This document shows positions 43,356-64,000 of a DNA stretch of 64,000 nt, in pieces (positions within the stretch are counted from its first letter, which is position 1; every line of letters starts with the position of its first letter). This DNA comes from the human T2T-CHM13v2.0 reference genome, Homo sapiens. A model generated the notes under the pieces. That model was given only the letters and a program-made list of their open reading frames with translations. It was not told the origin of the DNA and did not search any database. The position numbers were made by a program, and so were the translations under genes. Location: assembly GCF_009914755.1 (NCBI RefSeq), contig NC_060938.1, one strand, 5' to 3'.

Positions 43356-43723
43356 TGACATTCTTTGGCTGTGTCCCCACCCAAATCTCATCCAGAATTG
43401 TAGCTCCCGTAATCCCCATGTGTCGTGGGAGGGGAGGGACCCGGTGGGAGGTAATTGAATCATGGGAGCGGATTTTTACCATGGTGTTCTCGTGATAGTG
43501 AATAAGTCTCATGAGATCTAATGGTTTTATAAAGGGCAGTTCCCCTACATAGTCTCTTGTCTGCCACCATGTAAGACATGCCTTTGCTCCTCATTCACCT
43601 TCAGCCATGATTATGAGGTCTCCCTAGCCATGTGTAACTGTGAGTCTATTAAACCTCTTGTTCTTTATAAATTACCCAGTCTCAGGTATATCTTTATTAG
43701 CAGTGCAAGAACAGACTAATACA
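43356..43723 (+). mobile_element. THE1B/C solo LTR
   Basis: TTTGGCTGTGTCCCCACCCAAATCTCAT...CAGACTAATACA with TSD TATGG. Confidence 0.93.
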
Positions 43724-44009
43724 TATGGTAAGGCTATATTTAGCTTTGAAAGAATCTGTCAAACTATCTTTCAAAGTGGTTATACTATTTTGCATCCCCA
43801 CCAGCAATGAATGAGATGGATGAGGATGTTGTACAACAATTGGTATTTTTAGGTTTTTGGATTTTTGCCATTCTAATAATTAGTGTGGTAGTATATCATT
43901 GTTGTTTCAATTTACAATTCTCTGATGACATGTTGAGCCTCTTATATGCTTACTTAACCATCTATATATTTTCTTTGCTTAAGTGTCTGTTGAGATCCTT
44001 TACTCATTT

Positions 44010-44297
<288 letters not shown>

Positions 44298-45927
44298 TTA
44301 CTCATTTTTAAAATTAAGTTATTTATTTTCTTATTGTTGATTTTAAAGAGCTCTTTGTGTATTTTGAATACCAGTCCTTTATTAGTATGTGTTTTGCAAG
44401 GATGTTCTCCTATTTTGTGAATTGTCTTTTCATTCTCTTAACAGTGCCTTTTGTAGCACAGAAATTTTTACTTTTAATGATGTCCAACTTACCTGTTTTT
44501 TTCTTTCATAGATCATGTTTTTGGTGATACATCTAACAACTGATCATCAAGCCCAAGGTCACCTAGATTTTCTCTTGTTTTCTTTAAGAAGTTGTATAAT
44601 TTTTTGTTTTGCTGTTATAGTCCTGTGGTCCATCTTGAGTTACGTTTTGTGAAAAGTGCAAGGTCTTTGTCTAGATTCATTTTTTCATGTGGATATCCAA
44701 TTGTTCCAGCACTATTTGTTGAAAAAAAAAGAAACTATTCTTTGTCCATTTGGTTGCTTATGCTACTTTGTCAAAGATCAGTTGACAGTATTTGTGTGGA
44801 TCTGTTTCTGGGCTCTCTTCTCTTCCATTGATCGATTTTTCTATTCTTTTGCAACACAATGCTGTCTTGATTACCATAGCGGTATAGTAAGTCTTGAAGT
44901 TAGGTGGTGTCAGTCCTCCAATATTGTTCTCCTTATATACTGAGTTGACTATTTGGGGTCTTTTGCCTCCCCACATAAGCTTTAAAAATCAGTTTGTCAA
45001 TACAAAATAATTTGCTGGAATTTTTATTGGGATTGTGTTGCATGCACAGATCAATTGGTAAGAACTGGCATCTTAACAATACTGAGTTATCTTATCCAAG
45101 ACTCAGTTTATTTACACCTTTGATTTCTTTCATCAGAGTTGTATAGGTTTCCTCATATAGATCTTGTAAATATTTTATTGGATGTATACCTAAGTATTTC
45201 TCTTTTCGGCATTAATGTAATCTCAAATTAAAATTGTTCATTGTTGCTATATAGGAAAGCAATTGACCTTAAAATAATCTTATGTCCTGCAATCTTACTA
45301 TAATCACTAATTATTACTAGTTCCAGGAGTTGTTTTATTTGTTTGTTTGGTTGGTTGGTTGATTGGATGGTCTGGAATGTTTTTTTTCAATTTCATGGGA
45401 TTTTCTACATAGCCAATCATGTCATCTGCAGAAAAAGACAGTTTTAATTCCTCCTTCCCAATCTTTATACCTTTCACTTTCTTTTCTTGTCTTACTGCAT
45501 TAGCTAGGACTTCTAGTGCGATGTTGAATAGAAGTAGTGAGAGGGCACTTCTTACCTTTCTCTTGATCGTAGGGGTAAAGCATCTAATATCCTACCATTA
45601 AGTATGATAACCATATGGTTTTTATAGATGTTCTGTATAAAATTGAGATAGCTCCTCCCTATTTCTAGGTTGCTGAGAGGTTTTTATCATGAATGAGCAT
45701 TGGATTTTGTCAGATGCTTCTAATTCTTTTTTATATGATTAATGATTTTTAGTCTTTAGACTATTTTGTGATGGAGTACATTAATTGATTTTTGAATGTT
45801 AAACCAGGTTTGCATACCTGGAATAAGTCTCACTTGGTCTTAGTGTGTAATTCCTTATATATTTTGTTGGATTTAATTTGCTAATATTTTGTTTAGGGTT
45901 TTTGTATCTATGTTTACTGGTTTGTAA

Positions 45928-46277
<350 letters not shown>

Positions 46278-46610
46278 TAATACTAGCCTCATTAATTGAA
46301 TTAGATGGCGTTTCCTCTGCTTGTATTTTTTTGGATGAGATCGTAGAGAATTGACATCATTTCTTTCTTAAATATTGAGTAGAATTCACCAGTGGGCCTG
46401 GTGCTTCCATTTTTGGAATGTTATTGATTATTTTATTGAATCTGTTTAATACATAAATGTTTATTCGAATTATTTATTTCTCCTTGTATGAGTTTTGGTA
46501 GTTTGTGTCTTTCACAGAATTGATCTCTTTCATGTAAGTTATTAAATTTACAGGCATGGAGTTGTTCATAACGTTTTTCTATTATGCTTTTAATGTCCCT
46601 GAGATCAGTA

Positions 46611-47530
46611 CAGATTGTGCATCCCTAATCTGAAAATTCAAAGTGTAAAACTTTTTGAGTGCTGACATGACATCACAAGTATAAAATAACACACCTGACC
46701 TCATGTGACAAGTCACATTCAAAATGCAGGGACACAACACACAGTTTATTCAGCATCCTCAAGAGAAAAAGACCCTCCCAGCCCATTCAGCTGCAATATA
46801 TCTTTTCTGTGCGTACCCAGATTCCCCTACACAAGCACACCTACAAAGTGTAATAAAGTGGCATGTGTGCAGGCTGGATGCATGAACAGCAGGTCACTGT
46901 AATGCCCCACATGGGGCCAGGATTTACATACATTGATCACTGCGTGTTTTTGTTTTCTATTGCTTTGCTTATTCTCTGCTCTGTGGTATAAAGATATTGT
47001 TGAAAATGTCTAAATGGTCTGCAGATGCCCCATTGGGAACAATGATAAGAAAAAGAAGAAGCGTTTATGTTTATCTGTAGCTCAGAAAGTCATGCTATTG
47101 GAGAAACTGGACAGCAGTGTAAGTGTGAAATGTCTTACAAAAGAGTATGGTGCTAGAATGACTACCATATATGACCTGTGTCACAGAAGGATAAGCCATT
47201 GAAATTCCGTGCTTAAAGTGATGAAAAATAGAATACTACATAAAGCTAAAAATGAAGACCTCAATCATGTATTGAAAGAGTAGATCCATCAGTGTTGAAG
47301 TGAATATATGACATGTAATAGTGTACTGGTCATGAAACAAGCAAAGATCTAGCACAATGAACTGAAAATTGAAAAACTGCAAATATTCAACAGGCTGGTT
47401 GCAGAAACAGAAAAAGAATGGTATTAAATTTTTAAAGATTTGTGGTGATAAAACAGCTGATCACAAAGCAGCAGAGAAATTCATTGACAAATTTGCCAAG
47501 GACATTACTGATGAAAATCTGATGCCATCA
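46611..47530 (+). mobile_element. Tigger4 (Zombi) DNA transposon, left part with a decayed pogo/CENP-B-type transposase N-terminus
   Basis: TA followed by the TIR-like CAGATTGTGCATCCCTAATCTGAAAATTC. ORF 47014-47202 KKKRLCLSVAQKVMLLEKLDSSVSVKCLTKEYGARMTTIYDL is an HTH of the Jerky/TIGD type. Confidence 0.85.
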
Positions 47531-49845
47531 AACTAAAAAGGAAGATAGCAAGAGATACCACAAAGTATCAACAAAACCACCAGAAAACAATTAGCAAAAT
47601 GGCAGTAGTCTTTACTATCAATAATTACCATGAATTTAAATGGATTAAATAATCTTTAAAGAGGACATAGAGTGGCTGAATGAAAAAAAAACCAAGACCC
47701 AACTATATGCTATCTACAAGAGACTAACTTTACTTTTAAGGACACATAGACTGAAAGTGAAAGGATAGAAAAAGATATTCCACGTAAATGGATACCAAAA
47801 GATAGCGGGGGTAGCTATTCTTAGACAATTTAATTCAAAAGCTGTAAAAAATAGGAAATTATAATAATGATAGAGGAGAGGGTTTATCAAGAGAATGTAA
47901 CAGTTGTAAATATTGTTTTAGACAATATAGACTTTAAGTCAAAAACTGTAAAAAAAAAGACAAAGAGGACATTATATAATGGTAAAGAGATCCATTTATC
48001 AAGAGGTTATAACAATTACAAATATATATGCATGCAACATCAGAATACCTAAATATATAAAACAGATATTAAAGGATCAGTGGAGAGATAAATTGCAACA
48101 TAATAATAGCAGGGGACGTCAATATACCACTTTATTTTTTTTTGTTTCCAGTGGGGTTGGAGAATACCCCCACTTTAAACAATGGACAGATTATACAGAC
48201 AGAAAATTAATAAAATATTGGACATGAACAACACTTTAGCCCAAATGGAGCTAAGAGAAATACACAGAACATTCAGTCCAACAGGAACACAATACACATT
48301 CTTCTCAAGCACACATGGAACATTCTCCAGGATAGATCACCTGTTGGAGCACAAAACAAGCCTTAGCAAATTTAAGAATATTGAAATCATATCAAGTATT
48401 TTTTTGACCACGTTAGTATGAACCCTAGAAATCAAGAACAAGAGGAATTTTAGGAAATTCACAACTACGTGGCAATTAACATGCTCCTGAACAACCAATG
48501 CATATTGAAGAAATTAAAAGAAATATTTAAAAATATCTTGAGACAAATGAAAATTGAAACACAACATACCAAAGCTTATGGTATAGAGGAAAGGCACTTC
48601 TAAGGAAATTTTACAGCAATAAATGCCCATATCAAAAAAGAAGACATATTTCAAATAAGTAACAAGATTTCTCCTCAAGGAACTAGGAAAAGAATAACAA
48701 ACTAAGCCCAAAATTAGCAGAAGGAAGGAAATAATAAAGCTCAGAGCAGAAGAAAAATTAAGTACAGACTAGAAAAACAGTACAAAAGATCAATGAAACT
48801 AAGAATTGGTTTTTTAAAAAGATAAACAAAATCTACAAACCCTTATCTAGACTAAGAAAAAGAGAGGGAAGACTCAAATAAATAAAAATCAGAAATGAAA
48901 GAGGAGACCGTACAACTGCTAACACAGAAATACAAAGTAACATAAGGGACTATTATGAATAAATATATGCCAATAAATTGAATAACCTGGAAGAAATGGA
49001 TGAATTCTTAGATAACAGAACCTACCAACACTGAATCATGAAAAAGTAGAAAATCTAAACAGACCAGTAATGACTATAAAGACGTTAAATCAGAAATAAA
49101 AAAAATTTCATAAAAAGTTGCCCAGGACCTGACAACTTCACTGCTGAATTCAACCAAACATTTAATGAAGAACTAATCCTTCTCTAATCCTTCTACTAAT
49201 CCTTCTCTAACTCTTCCCAAAAATTAAAGAGGAGAGAATACTTCCAAACTCTTTTTGCAAGGCCACCATTACCCTGATCCCAGAGTCAGACCAGGACATC
49301 ACAAGAAAAGAAAATTACAGGCCACTATTCTTGATAACATAGATGTAAAAATTCTCAACAAAATGCTATCAAACCAAATTCAACAACACATTATAAATCC
49401 ACCATTATCGAGTGGGATTTATTCTTGGGATGCAAGGATGGTGAAACGTATGCAAATCAATACATTTGATACATCACATTAACAGAATGAAAAACAAAAG
49501 CCATGTGGTTATCTCATTAGATGCAGAAAAAAACATTTGACAAAATTCAACATCCTTTCATGATTAAAAAAAAAAAACTCTCACCAAACTCGGTATAGAA
49601 AGAATGTACCTCAATAAAATAAAGGCCATATGAGAAGCCCACAGCTAACATTACACTCAGCTGTAAACAATTAAAAGCCTCTCCTCTAAGATCTGGGATC
49701 AGACAAGGATGCCAGCTCTCACCATTTCTTTTCCACATAGTACTGGAAATTCTTGCCAGAGCAATTAGGCAAGAGAAAGAAATAAAAGTCATTCAAATAG
49801 GAAAGAAAGAAGTGAAATTGTCATTGTTTGCTGAGAACAGGATCA

Positions 49846-50215
<370 letters not shown>

Positions 50216-50612
50216 ATACAGTAAAGTTGTAGGATACAAAATCAACACCCCGAAATCCATAGCACTTCTATGCACTAACAACAAACTATCTGAACCAGAA
50301 ATCAAGAGAACAATCCCATTTGCAATAGCTACCCCCTAAAAAAATTAAACCTTGGGAATAAATTTACCAAAAGGAGATGTAAGACCTGCACAATGAAAAC
50401 TCTAAAATGTCAATGAAAGAGATTGAAGAGGACACAAATAAGTGGAAGGATATCTCATGTTCATGAATTAGAAGAGTTAATACTGTTAAAATGTCACACC
50501 AAATGATCTACCCAAAATGATATACAGATTCAGTGCAATAATTATCAGAATTCTAATGTCATTGTTAAAAGAAATAGAAAAAACTATCATGGAACTCATA
50601 TGGACCCCCCCC

Positions 50613-50613
<1 letters not shown>

Positions 50614-50652
<39 letters not shown>
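50614..50652 (+). repeat. (AC)n microsatellite, about 19 units
   Basis: Read directly from the sequence. Confidence 0.97.
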
Positions 50653-50654
<2 letters not shown>

Positions 50655-51438
50655 GAAACCACATAGCCAAGGGAATCATGAGCAAAAAGAACAAAGCTAG
50701 AGGAATCACAATAGCTGATTTCAAATAATACAACAGAGCTATAGCAATTAAAACAGCATGATACTGCCAAAAAATATACCTATTGACCAATGCAACAGAA
50801 TAGAGAGCCCAGAAATGAACGCTCATATATATCATCAATTGATTTTTGACAAATGTGCCAAGAATACACAATGGGAAAAGGATAGTCTTTTCAATAAATA
50901 ATGCTTAGAAAACTTGATATTTACATGCAGAAAAATGCAGTTGGACCCTTACCTCTCACCACACACAAAAGTCAACTCAAAATGGTTAAGGACTTAAATG
51001 AAAGGCCAGAAACTATAAAACTACTAGAAGAAAACATAGGAGGGGAAACTATATTATGTTGGTTTATTGGATCTGACCCCAAAAAGCATAGGCAACAAAA
51101 GAAAAAAATAGACAGATGAGATTACATGAAACTAAAAAGCTTCTGTACATCAAAGAAAACAATTAACAGTATGATGAGACAGCCTATGGATTGGGAGAAA
51201 ATACTTGGAAACCATACATCTGATAAAGGGTTAATATCCAAAATATGTAAGGCACTCAACTCAATAGCAAGAAAACAAAACACCCAGTTTAAAAATGGGC
51301 AAGGGATTTGAATAGACACTTCTCAAAAGAAGGCATACAGATAGCCAGTAGATATATGAAAAAATGTTTAATTGCTAATTATAGGGAAATGCAAATTAAA
51401 ACCACAATAAGATATCTTACACCAGTCAGCATGGCTGT

Positions 51439-51807
51439 TGTATTAGTCCATTTTCACACTGCTGTCAAGAACTGCCCAAGACTGGGTATTTTATAAAGAA
51501 AAGAGGTTTAATTGACTCACAGTTCCACATGGCTGAGGGGGGCCTCAGGAAATTTGCAATCATGGCAAAAGGTAAAGGGGAAGCAAGGACCTTCTTCACA
51601 TGGTGGCAGGAGAGAGAAGTGCAAGCAGGGGAAATTCCAGACACTTATAAAACCATGAGATCTCCTGAGAATTCACTCACTATCATGAGAACAGCACTGG
51701 GGAAACCACCCCCATGAACTAGTCACCTCTCACCAGGTTCCTCCCTCGACACCTGAATTGCAATTCAAGATGAGATTTGGGTGGGGACACAAAGCCTAAC
51801 CATATCA
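51439..51807 (-). mobile_element. THE1D/MSTA-type solo LTR
   Basis: TGTATTAGTCCATTTTCACACTGCTG...AACCATATCA with TSD GCTGT. Confidence 0.92.
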
Positions 51808-51900
51808 GCTGTTTTCAAAAAGACAAAAGTTAACAAGTGTCAGTGAGGATATGGAGAAAAGGGAACCCTTGTATACTCTCAGTGGGAACATAAATTAATT

Positions 51901-52977
<1,077 letters not shown>

Positions 52978-53165
52978 TGAAATTATTTTTTCAAAGAAAT
53001 GTCTGCATTTCCATGTTCATTGCAACACTGTTCACAATAGCCAAGTTATGGAATCAACCTAAGTATCAGTACCATCAACAGATGAACAGATAAAGAAAAT
53101 GTAGTATATATATCCAATGCAATACTAGTCAACCTTGGAAAAGAAGCTATGAGTTCTGTCATTTG

Positions 53166-59958
<6,793 letters not shown>

Positions 59959-60289
59959 TCCATTTGTTTCTTAATTGCATCTTCTATTTCTTCCATCTCC
60001 TCAAAAGCAGAAGTCTCCCTTCTATTAAATTTGACAGTATAAATTTTTCATTTTAGTGATGCCCATACAATTATATTTATGTGTTATATGACAAAATTCA
60101 AGATAAACTTTGTTGCCTGAGAACTATACAGTGGTATATAAATATAAGTGGCTTTGTGAGTATAATGTCCTACCACTCTGCTTCCCACATCACCAAATTT
60201 ATGAAGCACACAGTATACTCTTAGATAATCAGGAGCTGGCCCTACATTAATTCCAGGTACTGTAGTATATTTAATAGTTGGATATTTCT

Positions 60290-60580
60290 GGCCAGGCGCA
60301 ATGGCTCAGGCCTGTAATCCCAGCACTTTGAGAGGCCGAGGTAAGTGGATCACTTGAGATCAGGAGATCAAGATCATCTTGTGCAACATGGCGAAACTCC
60401 GCCTTTACCAAAAATACAAAAATTAGCTGGGTGTGGTGGCATGTGCCTGTAGTCTCAGCTACTCAGGAGGCTGAGGTAGTAGAATCGCTTGAACCCCAGA
60501 GGTGAAGGTTGCAGTGAGCTGAGATCATGCCACTGCACTCCAGCCTAGGTGAAAGAGCAAGACTCTGTCTCAAAAAAACC
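60290..60580 (+). mobile_element. AluS
   Basis: Full Alu flanked by GATATTT on both sides. Confidence 0.92.
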
Positions 60581-61067
60581 TCCAAAAATTTAGATATTTT
60601 TTAATGCTTCCTTAGAATTATTTGTATAGGTTGTTACATTTCTAAACATGAATTCAACAGATATTTAGTGAAACCCAATTTATATTGTGAAATGTAGCAT
60701 CCAGAAAACTTGTAATAAATATTAATAAATATATTGACAACTTATCCAGTTTAAAATTCTTGAAATTTTAAGTTCAGTATTAATTGACTTACTTTATAAT
60801 AAAGAAATTATTTTTTCTCTGAAAGTACTTTAGCAGGTTATTTTATTAAACTAAACCAACTGCAGCAACAGTGGAAGCAAATCATTGAAGTTACTAGACT
60901 GTCTGATTTGCAGATTAAATTTCCTCATACACACTCTTATCCATTCTGAATATATTTCCCTCTCTCTGTATGTCATTCAGAATTAAGGCCTATTATACTG
61001 GAGCATATGCTGATTTCCTTAAAAATAAGTGAGCAAGTCAGTGATTTTCTTTTTTCAATTAAAAATA

Positions 61068-61185
61068 ATATTTAAGATGGGGTCTCACTGTGTTGCTCAG
61101 GCTGGTCTAGAACTCCTTGTCTAATCCTTCTGCCTTGGCCTCCCAAAGTGCTGATATTACAAGCATGAGCCACCATGCTCAGCTT
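61068..61185 (-). mobile_element. FLAM or Alu left monomer
   Basis: AGATGGGGTCTCACTGTGTTGCTCAGGCTGG...CCCAAAGTGCTG...GAGCCACC. Confidence 0.82.
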
Positions 61186-61791
61186 CAGCTATCTTCTTGA
61201 AAGGGTCTTAGCAAATTAATTGATGTAGTAAACCAGGAAATAAAAGTAGACATTATCCTTTCAGAAATGTATTCTTAGGAAAAAGCAGCACATACTTCTA
61301 CATTTCATATTTGCTTAGGTTTTATTTATTTTAATTCAGTAAAACAAGCCAAACCTGCCCATTTTTTAAAAAAGAATGATTTAAGAATGTTATCAGTAAG
61401 TGAACAAAGGTTGAGAAAACTAGTTTCCTTCTCCCAATTCATGAAAAACCTGTAGGAACAGGCAGTTGTTTTTCTCAGTAAAATGTTTATAAAATACTTG
61501 AGTATTGTGTAACATTTTTGTACAAAGTTAATTAGATATAAGTAACTCCTTTTAAAAATTATACAGATATGAATGCGTATTCTTTGGCAGGTATTGTGCC
61601 AGTTATTTTCACATATGTAGATCACCTCATTTCATTCTCATATGATTTCCATGATATTTTTCTCATAGTTTTCGAGTTGAAATTAATATTCAGTAGGTAA
61701 GTTTTTTTTTCCAATGTCACTCAGAGTGAATGACAAGACTGAAATTTGAATCTTTATCTTCTAAGTTCAACCCAACATCTCTTCATCTACA

Positions 61792-61997
61792 CCAGTTTCA
61801 GCATTGTTGACATAGTGGTCTGGATAATTCTCTGTTGTAGGAATCTATCCTCTGTTTAGCAGCATCTTTAGCTTCTATTCACTAAATGCTAGTACCATCT
61901 CACCCTCCCCGCCACCCCCACCAGTTGTGACAAAAATGTCTTCAGATGTTGCAGAATGTCCTCTGAAGAACAAAATTACCCCTGGTTAAGACCTACC
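61792..61997 (+). mobile_element. MER20 (hAT-Charlie)
   Basis: GGATAATTCTCTGTTGT...TTTAGCAGCATC...CCAGTTGTGACAAAAATGTCTTCAGATGTTGC...CCCTGGTTAAGA. Confidence 0.88.
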
Positions 61998-63379
61998 TAC
62001 TGATCTATATTGTTGTACCTCATCTCTAAATTTTAATCCAAAAATATTTATCCAATTAAAATAAATAGCATATATACAACACACTAATGATTGAGCAATT
62101 ACTGTAAAATAAATGAAGCATAAACAGAATAATAAGTGCATATTGTAGGATGATGAGTAAAATGATTTCTGTAAGGACTTGGCCAATACCTGATCATGGA
62201 GACAAGAGAGGAAGTCAGGAAAAGTAGCATCAAAACTTGGTATAAATGGAAAAATACTAATTGCAAAAGTAAGCTTAATCCATGTTTAACATTACAATTA
62301 AGATAGAGTTCAATGAACAGGTAGGCAGACAAGTTGAAGAGAATATAAATATCTGCAAGCAAAACATATAAGTGGCTCATAAACCTTATAATTCCAAGTT
62401 ACATTAAGCTGAGGTGGCATAGAGAGTCAGGGACCAGGAAAATAGTCAGGGCCACAGACATAAAGTAATAGACCAGGGAACGTAGAAACCAAGACAGAAA
62501 CCACTTCAGACAGGAAATCTATTACATGGCACTCACTGGAGTAATACACATTAAGGACATTTTCTACCTTGGCCTGCCATTGGACTCAATGTGGTGAGCA
62601 ACAAAGGAGATAATGTGCAGGCTTATTTGATGTGAATTAGAAATATGATCATATCAAACATTAGTAAGTAAAAATATTTTTAAAGTTTTACTTTCTACAC
62701 TAAATTATAAAACTTAAATTTATAAAGAATTATATAATTTTAAAACTGGAAGAGCGAATTTAAACTTTGCTTATCTTATTACCTCATTAACTTCCTGGTT
62801 AACAGAAATAGTTAACATCCTATGTGGATATTGTGTAAGTTGCACTATTGATTACATGCTTTAGAATTTCTGAGAGTGATTCAGTGACTCTTTGGCTGTT
62901 ATTTCATCATTTATGCTTACTGTAACTTAAAATATGTTCCTATACAACTTAAGTGCCTTTGAGGAGTTATAATACTACTACTACGCTGAAAATGCACCTG
63001 AAAATTAGTAACTTTGGAAAGAGGGTAAATGTAATATGTCTTTGTGAAGAAAGCTAAACAAGCGGGCCTTGTTGTCAGTTAAGGAAAGACCATTCTGAGG
63101 AAGAAGTACTAAAGCAAAAATTGTGCTTCAGTGGTTACAGATTTATAAATGCTTGGAATATAGCTCTCCTGCTTCACCTTTATTCCTATTGGAAAATTCC
63201 TTAGAATTATAGATGTTTTGATTTACTGAAGTTCTTAAGGAATGTATTCTTCCCATAAAATAAAATTGCTATATATAAATGAAGTATTAATATGTTAGAA
63301 TTGGGAAGAAAACCACAAGATGAAATGGAAAAAAACTACAAATTACAAGTTCTGAGAAGGAAGAGTAGGATCTATGAGA

Positions 63380-63790
63380 CAGACTAACAAAGAGGAAAAT
63401 CAAGATTTAGATTGAAGACCCACGTAGGTGTATCTAAGAAAGTGATATTTTTGCTTTGTCTTACTGGATAAGTAAGACTTTGTCAGGTAGAAGCATGGGT
63501 GGAAAGGCATTCCAAACAAATACCTTCAGCAGAAAAAACTTGACACGCTTGAGAATCTGAATGCCTAGCTAAAAGGTGAGGAAGGAGATAGAGAGGTCAG
63601 TGATGCAGGGCTTTATAGACCACAGCAAGTATAGAAGAGGTTTCCAGTGCAGACATAAAGACTGTAGGTTCAAATTCTGGCTCTGCTACATGTATTAAAT
63701 TACTTATCTCTGTTTCCATTTGTATCAGTAAAAAAAGGAATATTAATAAGACTTCTCATGCAAGTTGTGACATTTAGTGAGTTAACATAT
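63380..63790. mobile_element. L2 and MIR fragments
   Basis: GAAAGGCATTCCA...GCAGGGCTTTATAGACCAC (L2); GGTTCAAATTCTGGCTCTGCTAC...TCTCTGTTTCC (MIR). Confidence 0.55.
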
Positions 63791-64000
63791 AGCATTTATT
63801 ATTTTTAAAGACTGTTTTCTGAATGCAAGGACATGCTATTGCAGGTTTTTAAGTGACATTGTCTACTTCCATCTTTTTAAAAAGATCATGTCCATTGCTT
63901 GGGAAAGCCTTGATGGTAATTAACAGGTTTCCAAGGTATTTTGAATGCTAAGCAGCTTTTGAACTTGCGGGTACAATCCAAACATGTCCATCTGAGAGAA

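Noticed and set aside
47014-47202. Domesticated TIGD/JRK-like gene
   Set aside because: It lies inside a Tigger4 with a TIR, and the frame is broken immediately downstream.

Overview
Primate, almost certainly human, genomic DNA: AT-rich, CpG-poor, and very likely intronic or intergenic. The window is dominated by transposon relics: many Alus, several L1s (one near-full-length L1PA7/8-like copy), a complete THE1A LTR-int-LTR provirus, solo MaLR/MLT2 LTRs, Tigger4, MER2, MER20, MADE1, L2 and MIR. I found no recognisable intact host CDS, and nearly all listed ORFs are Alu, L1 or LTR read-throughs. The main highlights are: (1) a U6 snRNA/L1 chimeric retrocopy inside a four-level nest (MLT2 > AluJ > U6-L1 > AluS); (2) an internal L1 deletion with an inverted-repeat junction that joins ORF1 in frame to ORF2; (3) a possible decayed Ty3/Gypsy gag-like fossil; (4) several hairpins in apparently unique sequence; (5) repeated fold-back or template-switch repair scars. 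Subfamily calls were made by eye against remembered consensus sequences, not by database search, and boundaries without TSDs are approximate.
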